DNA from: Azolla caroliniana
Lineage: Eukaryota; Plantae; Polypodiophyta
Assembly (NCBI GenBank): GCA_043228905.1
Contig: JBHGNT010000127.1
Span: forward strand, 1 to 64,000
Reading direction: 5' to 3'
Length of the DNA stretch: 64,000 nucleotides
Part shown: in pieces, positions 13,301 to 25,900 of the stretch
Position numbering within the stretch: the first letter of the stretch is position 1
Layout of the letters: each line of letters starts with the position of its first letter
Translations under genes and position numbers: made by a program
The notes under the pieces: generated by a model
Seen by the model: only the letters and a program-made list of their open reading frames with translations
The model's database searches: none
Told to the model about the DNA's origin: nothing

Positions 13301-16300
13301 AAGGGCTCCTCTCAACTCACTCCTCAACTTTGGTAATATCGTCATGTCTCTGGACCTGAGTTTCAAAATCTTGATTTTTTAATTCCATATCATAGCTAGC
13401 GTTGTTAGCTTCGATTCGAATGTTTGAGCACAAACATCCGATATCACACTCGCCACGTATGAACATTTTCATTTACCTACTAGCTCTTCGAACCTCACTC
13501 CTCAAATTTGGTAATTTCGTCATGTCTCTCGACCTGAGTTTCAAAATCTTGATTTTGTAATTCCATATCATAGCTAGCATTGTTAGCTTCGATTCGCATG
13601 TTTGAACACAAAAATCCGATATCACACGAGCCAGGTATGAACATTTTAATTTACTCAAGGGCTCCTCTCAACTCACTCCTCAAATTTGGTAATTTCGTAG
13701 CTAGCGTTATTAGCTTCGATTCGCATGTTTGAAAACAAAAATCCGATATCACACTCGCCAGGTATGAACATTTTAATTTACCTACTAGCTCTTCCCAACT
13801 CACTCCTCTAATTTGGTAATTTCGTCATGTCTCTCGACCTGAGTTTCAAAATCTTGATTTTTTAATTCCATATCATAGCTAGCGTTGTTAGCTTCGATTC
13901 GCATGTTTGTACACAAAAATCCGATATCACACTCGCCAGGTATGAACATTTTAATTTACCTACTAGCTCTTCCAACCTCACTCCTCTAATTTGGTAATTT
14001 CGTCATGTCTCTCGACCTGAGTTTCAAAATCTTGATTTTTTAATTCCATATCAGAGCTAGCGTTGTTAGCTTCGATTCGCATGTTTGTACATAAAAAGCC
14101 GATGTCACACTCGCTAGGTATGAACATTTTAATTTACTCAAGGGCTCCTCTCAACTCACTCCTCTAATTTGGTAATTTCGTCATGTCTCTCGACCTGAGT
14201 TTCAAAATCTTGATTTTTTAATTCCATATCATAGCTAGCGTTGTTAGCTTCGATTCGCATGTTTGAACACAAAAATCCGATATCACACTCGCCAGGTATG
14301 AACATTTTAATTTACCTACTAGCTCTTCCCAACTCACTCCTCTAATTTGGTAATTTCGTCATGTCTCTCGACCTGAGTTTCAAAATCTTGATTTTTTAAT
14401 TCCATATCATAGCTAGCGTTGTTAGCTTCGATTCGCATGTTTGTACACAAAAATCCGATATCACACTCCCCAGGTATGAACATTTTAATTTACTCAAGGG
14501 CTCCTCTCAACTCACTCCTCAAATTTGGTAATTTCGTCATGTCTCTCGACCTGAGTTTGAAAATCTTGATTTTTTAATTCCATATCAGAGCTAGCGTTGT
14601 TAGCTTCGATTCGCATGTTTGAACACAAAAATCCGATATCACACTCGCCAGGTATGAACATTTTAATTTACTCAAGGGCTCCTCTCAACTCACTCCTCAA
14701 CTTTGGTAATTTCGTCATGTCTCTGGACCTGAGTTTCAAAATCTTGATTTTTTAATTCCATATCAGAGCTAGCGTTGTCAGCTCTGATTCGCATGTTTGT
14801 ACACAAAAAGCCGATATCACACTTGCTAGGTATGAACATTTTAATTTACTCAAGTGCTCCTCTCAACTCACTACTGAAATTTGGTAATTTCGTCATGTCT
14901 CCCGACCTGAGTTTCAAAATCTTGATATTTTAATTCCATATCATAGCTAGCATTGTTAGCTTCGATTCGCATGTTTGAACACAAAAATCCGATATCACAC
15001 GAGCCAGGTATGAACATTTTAATTTACCTACTAGCTCTTCCCAACTCACTCCTCTAATTTGGTAATTTCGTCATGTCTCTCGACCTGAGTTTCAAAATCT
15101 TGATTTTTTAATTCCATATCATAGCTAGCGTTGTTAGCTTCGATTCGCATGTTTGTACACAAAAATCCGATATCACACTCGCCAGGTATGAACATTTTAA
15201 TTTACCTACTAGCTCTTCCAACCTCACTCCTCTAATTTGGTAATTTCGTCATGTCTCTCGACCTGAGTTTCAAAATCTTGATTTTTTAATTCCATATCAG
15301 AGCTAGCGTTGTTAGCTTCGATTCGCATGTTTGTACATAAAAATCCGATATCACACTCGCTAGGTATGAACATTTTAATTTACTCAAGGGCTCCTCTCAA
15401 CTCACTCCTCTAATTTGGTAATTTCGTCATGTCTCTCGACCTGAGTTTCAAAATCTTGATTTTTTAATTCCATATCATAGCTAGCGTTGTTAGCTTCGAT
15501 TCGCATGTTTGAACACAAAAATCCGATATCACACTCGCCAGGTATGAACATTTTAATTTACCTACTAGCTCTTCCCAACTCACTCCTCTAATTTGGTAAT
15601 TTCGTCATGTCTCTCGACCTGAGTTTCAAAATCTTGATTTTTTAATTCCATATCAGAGCTAGCGTTGTTAGCTTCGATTCGCATGTTTGTACATAAAAAG
15701 CCGATATCACACTCGCTAGGTATGAACATTTTAATTTACTCAAGGGCTCCTCTCAACTCACTCCTCTAATTTGGTAATTTCGTCATGTCTCTCGACCTGA
15801 GTTTCAAAATCTTGATTTTGTAATTCCATATCATAGCTAGCATTGTTAGCTTCGATTCGCATGTTTGAACACAAAAATCCGATATCACACGAGCCAGGTA
15901 TGAACATTTTAATTTACTCAAGGGCTCCTCTCAACTCACTCCTCAAATTTCGTAATTTCGTAGCTAGCGTTATTAGCTTCGATTCGCATGTTTGAAAACA
16001 AAAATCCGATATCACACTCGCCAGGTATGAACATTTTAATTTACCTACTAGCTCTTCCCAACTCACTCCTCTAATTTGGTAATTTCGTCATGTCTCTCGA
16101 CCTGAGTTTCAAAATCTTGATTTTTTAATTCCATATGATAGCTAGCGTTGTTAGCTTCGATTCGCATGTTTGTACACAAAAATCCGATATCACACTCGCC
16201 AGGTATGAACATTTTAATTTACCTACTAGCTCTTCCAACCTCACTCCTCTAATTTGGTAATTTCGTCATGTCTCTCGACCTGAGTTTCAAAATCTTGATT

Positions 16301-18859
16301 TTTTAATTCCATATCAGAGCTAGCGTTGTTAGCTTCGATTCGCATGTTTGTACATAAAAATCCGATATCACACTCGCTAGGTATGAACATTTTAATTTAC
16401 TCAAGGGCTCCTCTCAACTCACTCCTCTAATTTGGTAATTTCGTCATGTCTCTCGACCTGAGTTTCAAAATCTTGATTTTTTAATTCCATATCATAGCTA
16501 GCGTTGTTAGCTTCGATTCGCATGTTTGAACACAAAAATCCGATATCACACTCGCCAGGTATGAACATTTTAATTTACCTACTAGCTCTTCCCAACTCAC
16601 TCCTCTAATTTGGTAATTTCGTCATGTCTCTCGACCTGAGTTTCAAAATCTTGATTTTTTAATTCCATATCAGAGCTAGCGTTGTTAGCTTCGATTCGCA
16701 TGTTTGTACATAAAAAGCCGATATCACACTCGCTAGGTATGAACATTTTAATTTACTCAAGGGCTCCTCTCAACTCACTCCTCTAATTTGGTAATTTCGT
16801 CATGTCTCTCGACCTGAGTTTCAAAATCTTGATTTTTTAATTCCATATCATAGCTAGCGTTGTTAGCTTCGATTCGCATGTTTGAACACAAAAATCCGAT
16901 ATCACACTCGCCAGGTATGAACATTTTAATTTACCTACTAGCTCTTCCCAACTCACTCCTCTAATTTGGTAATTTCGTCATGTCTCTCGACCTGAGTTTC
17001 AAAATCTTGATTTTTTAATTCCATATCATAGCTAGCGTTGTTAGCTTCGATTCGCATATTTGTACACAAAAATCCGATATCACACTCGCCAGGTATGAAC
17101 ATTTTAATTTACTCAAGGGCTCCTCTCAACTCACTCCTCAAATTTGGTAATTTCGTCATGTGTCTCGACCTGAGTTTGAAAATCTTGATTTTTTAATTCC
17201 ATATCAGAGCTAGCGTTGTTAGCTTCGATTCGCATGTTTGAACACAAAAATCCGATATCACACTCGCCAGGTATGAACATTTTAATTTACTCAAGGGCTC
17301 CTCTCAACTCACTCCTCAAATTTGGTAATTTCGTCATGTCTCTCGACCTGAGTTAGAAAATCTTGATTTTTTAATTCCATATCAGAGCTAGCGTTGTTAG
17401 CTTCGATTCGCATGTTTGAACACAAAAATCCGATATCACACTCGCCAGGTATGAACATTTTAATTTACTCAAGGGCTCCTCTCAACTCACTCCTCAACTT
17501 TGGTAATATCGTCATGTCTCTGGACCTGAGTTTCAAAATCTTGATTTTTTAATTCCATATCATAGCTAGCGTTGTTAGCTTCGATTCGAATGTTTGAGCA
17601 CAAACATCCGATATCACACTCGCCACGTATGAACATTTTCATTTACCTACTAGCTCTTCGAACCTCACTCCTCAAATTTGGTAATTTCGTCATGTCTCTC
17701 GACCTGAGTTTCAAAATCTTGATTTTGTAATTCCATATCATAGCTAGCATTGTTAGCTTCGATTCGCATGTTTGAACACAAAAATCCGATATCACACGAG
17801 CCAGGTATGAACATTTTAATTTACTCAAGGGCTCCTCTCAACTCACTCCTCAAATTTGGTAATTTCGTAGCTAGCGTTATTAGCTTCGATTCGCATGTTT
17901 GAAAACAAAAATCCGATATCACACTCGCCAGGTATGAACATTTTAATTTACCTACTAGCTCTTCCCAACTCACTCCTCTAATTTGGTAATTTCGTCATGT
18001 CTCTCGACCTGAGTTTCAAAATCTTGATTTTTTAATTCCATATCATAGCTAGCGTTGTTAGCTTCGATTCGCATGTTTGTACACAAAAATCCGATATCAC
18101 ACTCGCCAGGTATGAACATTTTAATTTACCTACTAGCTCTTCCAACCTCACTCCTCTAATTTGGTAATTTCGTCATGTCTCTCGACCTGAGTTTCAAAAT
18201 CTTGATTTTTTAATTCCATATCAGAGCTAGCGTTGTTAGCTTCGATTCGCATGTTTGTACATAAAAAGCCGATATCACACTCGCTAGGTATGAACATTTT
18301 AATTTACTCAAGGGCTCCTCTCAACTCACTCCTCTAATTTGGTAATTTCGTCATGTCTCTCGACCTGAGTTTCAAAATCTTGATTTTTTAATTCCATATC
18401 ATAGCTAGCGTTGTTAGCTTCGATTCGCATGTTTGAACACAAAAATCCGATATCACACTCGCCAGGTATGAACATTTTAATTTACCTACTAGCTCTTCCC
18501 AACTCACTCCTCTAATTTGGTAATTTCGTCATGTCTCTCGACCTGAGTTTCAAAATCTTGATTTTTTAATTCCATATCATAGCTAGCGTTGTTAGCTTCG
18601 ATTCGCATGTTTGTACACAAAAATCCGATATCACACTCCCCAGGTATGAACATTTTAATTTACTCAAGGGCTCCTCTCAACTCACTCCTCAAATTTGGTA
18701 ATTTCGTCATGTCTCTCGACCTGAGTTTGAAAATCTAGATTTTTTAATTCCATATCAGAGCTAGCGTTGTTAGCTTCGATTCGCATGTTTGAACACAAAA
18801 ATCCGATATCACACTCGCCAGGTATGAACATTTTAATTTACTCAAGGGCTCCTCTCAAC
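10400..18859. repeat. Variable-length HOR domain marked by a 127-bp truncated monomer (units of 7, 10, 13 and 11 monomers)
   Basis: Junction TTTCGT|AGCTAGCGTTATTAGC at 10774, 11969, 13698, 15961 and 17868. Spacings 1195, 1729, 2263 and 1907 each equal n x178+127. Private variants at ~12885, 13181 and 14461 recur 4170 bp later. Confidence 0.88.
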
Positions 18860-18879
18860 ATGTTTGTACACAAAAAGCC
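18805..18879. repeat. Truncated 75-bp monomer (103-bp deletion), single copy
   Basis: Junction CTCTCAAC|ATGTTTGTAC at 18859/18860; consecutive GATATC sites at 18805 and 18880. Confidence 0.92.
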
Positions 18880-19984
18880 GATATCACACTTGCTAGGTAT
18901 GAACATTTTAATTTACTCAAGTTCTCCTCTCAACTCACTACTCAAATTTGGTAATTTCGTCATGCCTCTCGACCTGAGTTTCCAAATCTTGATTTTTTAA
19001 TTCCATATCATAGCTAGCGTTGTTAGTTTCGATTCCCATGTTTGAGCACAAACATCCGATATCACACTCGCCAGGTATGAACATTTTCATTTACCTACTA
19101 GCTCTTCGAACCTCACTCCTCTAATTTGGTAATTTCGTCATGTCTCTCGACCTGAGTTTCAAAATCTTGATTTTTTAATTCCATATCATAGCTAGCGTTG
19201 TTAGCTTCGATTCGCATGTTTGAGCACAAACATCCGATATCATACTCGCCAGGTATGAACATTTTAATTTACCTACTAGCTCTTCCCAACTCACTCCTCT
19301 AATTTGGTAATTTTGTCATGTCTCTCGACCTGAGTTTCAAAATCTTGATTTTCTAATTCCATATCAGAGCTAGCGTTGTCAGCTTTGATTCGCATGTTTG
19401 TACACAAAAAGCCGATATCACACTTGCTAGGTATGAACATTTTAATTTACTCAAGTGCTCCTCTCAACTCACTACTCAAATTTGGTAATTTCGTCATGCC
19501 TCTCGACCTGAGTTTCCAAATCTTGATTTTTTAATTCCATATCATAGCTAGCGTTATTAGCTTCGATTCGCATGTTTGAAAACAAAAATCCGATATCACA
19601 CTCGCCAGGTATGAACATTTTAATTTACCTACTAGCTCTTCCCAACTCACTCCTCTAATTTGGTAATTTCGTCATGTCTCTCGACCTGAGTTTCAAAATC
19701 TTGATTTTTTTATTCCATATCATAGCTAGCGTTGTTAGCTTCGATTCGCATATTTGTACACAAAAATCCGATATCACACTCGCCAGGTATGAACATTTTA
19801 ATTTACTCAAGGGCTCCTCTCAACTCACTCCTCAAATTTGGTAATTTCGTCATGTCTCTCGACCTGAGTTTGAAAATTCGTATTTTTTAATTCCATATCA
19901 GAGCTAGCGTTGTTAGCTTCGATTCGCATGTTTGAACACAAAAATCCGATATCACACTCGCCAGGTATGAACATTTTAATTTAC

Positions 19985-22900
19985 TCAAGTGCTCCTCTCA
20001 ACTCACTACTCAAATTTGGTAATTTCTTCATGTCGCTCGACCTGAGTTTCAAAATCTTGATATTTTAATTTCATATCATAGGTAGCGTTGTTAGCTCCGA
20101 TTCGCATGTTTGAACACAAAAATCCGATATCACACTCGCCTGGCATGAACATTTTAATTTACTCAAGGGCTCCTCTCAACTCACTCCTCAAATTTGGTAA
20201 TTTCGTCATGTCTCTCGACCTGAGTTTGAAAATCTTGAGTTTTTAATTCCATATCAGAGCTAGCGTTGTTAGCTTCGATTCGCATGTTTGAACACAAAAA
20301 TCCGATATCACACTCGCCAGGTATGAACATTTTAATTTACTCAAGGGCTCCTCTCAACTCACTCCTCAACTTTGGTAATTTCGTCATGTCTCTGGACCTG
20401 AGTTTCAAAATCTTGATTTTTTAATTCCATATCATAGCTAGCGTTGTTAGCTTCGATTCGAATGTTTGAGCACAAACATCCGATATCACACTCGCCACGT
20501 ATGAACATTTTCATTTACCTACTAGCTCTTCGAACCTCACTCCTCAAATTTGGTAATTTCGTCATGTCTCTCGACCTGAGTTTCAAAATCTTGATTTTTT
20601 AATTCCATATCATAGCTAGCATTGTTAGCTTCGATTCGCATGTTTGTACACAAAAAACCGATATCACACTTGCTAGGTATGAACATTTTAATTTACTCAA
20701 GTGCTCCTCTCAACTCACTACTCAAATTTGGTAATTTCGTCATGCCTCTCGACCTGAGTTTCCAAATCTTGATTTTTTAATTCCATATCATAGCTAGCGT
20801 TGTGAGCTTCGATTCGCATGTTTGTACACAAAAATCCGATATCACACTCGCTACGTATGAACATTTTAATTTACTCAAGGGCTCCTCTCAACTCACTCCT
20901 CAAATTTTGTAATTTCGTCATGTCTCTCGACCTGAGTTTGAAAATCTTGATTTTTTAATTCCATATTATAGCTAGCGTTGTCAGCTTGGATTCGCATGTT
21001 TGTACACAAAAAGCCGATATCACACTTGCTAGGTATGAACATTTTCATTTACCTACTAGCTCTTCGAACCTCACTCCTCAAATTTGGTAATTTCTTCATG
21101 TCGCTCGACCTGAGTTTCAAAATCTTGATTTTTTAATTCCATATCATAGCTAGCGTTGTTAGCTTCGATTCGCATGTTTGTACACAAAAATCCGATATCA
21201 CACTCGCCAGGTATGAACATTTTAATTTACTCAAGGGCTCCTCTCAACTCACTCCTCAAATTTGGTAATTTCGTCATGTCTCTCGACCTGAGTTTGAAAA
21301 TCTTGATTTTTTAATTCCATATCAGAGCTAGCGTTGTTAGCTTCGATTCGCATGTTTGAACACAAAAATCCGATATCACACTCGCCAGGTATGAACATTT
21401 TAATTTACTCAAGGGCTCCTCTCAACTCACTCCTCAACTTTGGTAATTTCGTCATGTCTCTGGACCTGAGTTTCAAAATCTTGATTTTTTAATTCCATAT
21501 CAGAGCTAGCGTTGTCAGCTTTGATTCGCATGTTTGTACACAAAAAGCCGATATCACACTTGCTAGGTATGAAAATTTTAATTTACTCAAGTGCTCCTCT
21601 CAACTCACTACTGAAATTTGGTAATTTCGTCATGTCTCCCGACCTGAGTTTCAAAATCTTGATATTTTAATTCCATATCATAGCTAGCATTGTTAGCTTC
21701 GATTCGCATGTTTGAACACAAAAATCCGATATCACACGAGCCAGGTATGAACATTTTAATTTACCTACTAGCTCTTCCCAACTCACTCCTCAAATTTGGT
21801 AATTTCGTCATGTCTCTCGATCTGAGTTTTGAAAATCTTGATTTTTTAATTCCATATCATAGCTAGCGTTGTGAGCTTCGATTCGCATGTTTGTACACAA
21901 AAATCCGATATCACACTCGCTAGGTATGAACATTTTAATTTACTCAAGGGCTCCTCTCAACTCACTCCTCAAATTTGGTAATTTCGTCATGTCTCTAGAC
22001 CTGAGTTTCAAAATCTTGATTTTTTAATTCCATATCATAGCTAGCGTTGTTAGCTTCGATTCGCATGTTTGAACACAAAAATCCGATATCACACTCGCCA
22101 GGTATGAACATTTTAATTTACCTACTAGCTCTTCCCAACTCACTCCTCAAATTTGGTTATTTCGTCATGTCTCTCGGCCTGAGTTTCAAAATCTTTATTT
22201 TTTAATTCCATATCATAGCTAACGTTGTCAACTTTGATTCGCACGTTTGTACACAAAAATCCGATATCACACTCGCTAGGTATGAAAATTTTAATTTACT
22301 CAAGGGCTCCTCTCAACTCACTCCTCTAATTTGGTAATTTCGTCATGTCTCTCGACCTGAGTTTGAAAATCTTGATTTTTTAATTCCATATCATAGCTAG
22401 CGTTGTTAGCTTCGATTCGCATGTTTGAGCTCAAACATCCGATATCATACTCGCCAGGTATGAACATTTTAATTTACCTACTAGCTCTTCCCAACTCACT
22501 CCTCTAATTTGGTAATTTTGTCATGTCTCTCGACCTGAATTTCAAAATCTTGATTTTTTAATTCCATATCAGAGCTAGCGTTGTCAGCTTTGATTCGCAT
22601 GTTTGTACACAAAAAACCGATATCACACTTGCTAGGTATGAACATTTTAATTTATTCAAGTGCTCCTCTCAACTCACTACTCAAATTTGGTAATTTCGTC
22701 ATGCCTCTCGACCTGAGTTTCCAAATCTTGATTTTTTAATTCCATATCATAGCTAGCGTTGTGAGCTTCGATTCGCATGTTTGTACACAAAAATCCGATA
22801 TCACACTCGCTAGGTATGAACATTTTAATTTACTCAAGGGCTCCTCTCAACTCACTCCTCAAATTTTGTAACTTCGTCATGTATCTCGACCTGAGTTTGA

Positions 22901-25900
22901 AAATCTTGATTTTTTAATTCCATATTATAGCTAGCGTTGTCAGCTTGGATTCGCATATTTGTACACAAAAAGCCGATATCACACTTGCTAGGTATGAACA
23001 TTTTAATTTACTCAAGTGCTCCTCTCAACTCACTACTCAAATTTGGTAATTTCTTCATGTCGCTCGACCTGAGTTTCAAAATCTTGATTTTTTAATTCCA
23101 TATCATAGCTAGCGTTGTTAGCTACGATTCGCATGTTTGAGCACAAACATCCGATATAACACTCGCCAGGTATGAACATTTTAATTTACCTACTAGCTCT
23201 TCCAACCTCACTCCTCAAATTTGGTAATTTCGTTATGTCTCTCGACCTGAGTTTCAAAATCTTGATTTTTTAATTCCATATCAGAGCTAGCGTTGTTAGC
23301 TTCGATTCGCATGTTTGTACATAAAAAGCCGATATCACACTCGCTAGGTATGAACATTTTAATTTACTCAAGGGCTCCTCTCAACTCACTCCTCTAATTT
23401 GGTAATTTCGTCATGTCTCTCGACCTGAGTCTAAAAATCTAGATTTTCTAATTCCATATCATAGCTAGCGTTGTTAGCTTCGATTCGCATGTTTGAGCAC
23501 AAACATCCGATATCACACTCGCCAGGTATGAACATTTTAATTTACCTACTAGCTCTTCCAACCTCACTCCTCAAATTTGGTAATTTCGTCATGTCTCTCG
23601 ACCTGAGTTTCAAAATCTTGATTTTTTAATTCCATATCATAGCTAGCGTTGTTAGCTTCGATTCGCAGGTTTGTACACAAAAATCCGATATCACACTCGC
23701 TAGGGATGAACATTTTAATTTACTCAAGGGCTCCTCTCAACTCACTCCTCAAATTTGGTAATTTCGTCATGTCTCTCGACCTGAGGTTGAAAATCTTGAT
23801 TTTTTAATTCCATATCATAGCTAGCGTTGTAGGCTTCGATTCGCATGTTTAAACACAAAAATCCGATATCACACTCGCCAGGTATGAACATTTTAATTTA
23901 CCTACTAGCTCTTCCCAACTCACTCCTCAAATTTGGTTATTTCGTCATGTCTCTCGACCTGAGTTTCAAAATCTTGATTTTTTAATTCCATATCATAGCT
24001 AACGTTGTCAACTTCGATTCGCACGTTTGTACACAAAAATCCGATATCACACTCGCTAGGTATGAACATTTTAATTTACTCAAGGGCTCCTCTCAACTCA
24101 CTCCTCTAATTTGGTAATTTCGTCATGTCTCTCGACCTAAGTTTCAAAATCTTGATTTTTTAATTCCATATCAGAGCTAGCGTTGTCAGCTTTGATTCGC
24201 ATGTTTGTACACAAAAAGCCGATATCACACTTGCTAGGTATGAACATTTTAATTTACTCAAGTTCTCCTCTCAACTCACTACTCAAATTTGGTAATTTCG
24301 TCATGCCTCTCGACCTGAGTTTCCAAATCTTGATTTTTTAATTCCATATCATAGCTAGCGTTGTGAGCTTCGATTCGCATGTTTGTACACAAAAATCCGA
24401 TATCACACTCGCTAGGTATGAACATTTTAATTTACTCAAGGGCTCCTCTCAACTCACTCCTCAAATTTTGTAATTTCGTAGCTAGCGTTATTAGCTTCGA
24501 TTCGCATGTTTGAAAACAAAAATCCGATATCACACTCGCCAGGTATGAACATTTTAATTTACCTACTATCTCTTCCCAACTCACTCCTCTAATTTGGTAA
24601 TTTCGTCATGTCTCTCGACCTGAGTTTCAAAATCTTGATTTTTTAATTCCATATCATAGCTAGCGTTGTTAGCTTCGATTCGCATGTTTGTACACAAAAA
24701 TCCGATATCACACTCGCCAGGTATGAACATTTTAATTTACTCAAGGGCTCCTCTCAACTCACTCCTCAAATTTGGTAATTTCGTCATGTCTCTCGACCTG
24801 AGTTTGAAAATCTTGATTTTTTAATTCCATATCAGAGCTAGCGTTGTTAGCTTCGATTCGCATGTTTGTACACAAAAATCCGATATCACACTCGCCAGGT
24901 ATGAACATTTTAATTTACTCAAGGGCTCCTCTCAACTCACTCCTCAAATTTGGTAATTTCGTCATGTCTCTCGACCTGAGTTTGAAAATCTTGATTTTTT
25001 AATTCCATATCATAGCTAGCGTTGTTAGCTTCGATTCGCATGTTTGAACACAAAAATCCGATATCACACTCGCCAGGTATGAACATTTTAATTTACTCAA
25101 GGGCTCCTCTCAACTCACTACTGAAATTTGGTAATTTCGTCATGTCTCCCGACCTGAGTTTCAAAATCTTGATATTTTAATTCCATATCATAGCTAGCAT
25201 TGTTAGCTTCGATTCGCATGTTTGAACACAGAAATCCGATATCACACGAGCCAGGTATGAACATTTTAATTTACCTACTAGCTCTTCCCAACTCACTCCT
25301 CAAATTTGGTAATTTCGTCATGTCTCTCGATCTGAGTTTTCAAAATCTTGATTTTTTAATTCCATATCATAGCTAGCGTTGTGAGCTTCGATTCGCATGT
25401 TTGTACACAAAAATCCGATATCACACTCGCTAGGTATGAACATTTTAATTTACTCAAGGGCTCCTCTCAACTCACTCCTCAAATTTGGTAATTTCGTCAT
25501 GTCTCTCGACCTGAGTTTGAAAATCTTGATTTTTTAATTCCATATTATAGCTAGCGTTGTCAGCTTTGATTCGCATGTTTGTACACAAAAAGCCGATATC
25601 ACACTTGCTAGGTATGAACATTTTAATTTACTCAAGTGCTCCTCTCAACTCACTACTCAAATTTGGTAATTTCTTCATGTCGCTCGACCTGAGTTTCAAA
25701 ATCTTGATTTTTTAATTCCATATCATAGCTAGCGTTGTTAGCTTCGATTCGCATGTTTGTACACAAAAATCCGATATCACACTTGCTAGGTATGAACATT
25801 TTAATTTACTCAAGTGCTCCTCTCAACTCACTACTCAAATTTGGTAATTTCTTCATGTCGCTCGACCTGAGTTTCAAAATCTTGATATTTTAATTTCATA

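Noticed and set aside
11744-17828. Three identical 61-aa minus-strand ORFs (MSKLKCSY...)
   Set aside because: They are a chance reading frame in the satellite, opened by the GATTTTGTAA variant that removes a stop. Their spacing (1729, 4170) equals the HOR offsets, and there is no recognisable domain.
18767-19000. 77-aa plus-strand ORF
   Set aside because: It exists only because the 103-bp deletion fuses two monomers in frame (75-bp monomer). The peptide is internally repeated satellite translation.
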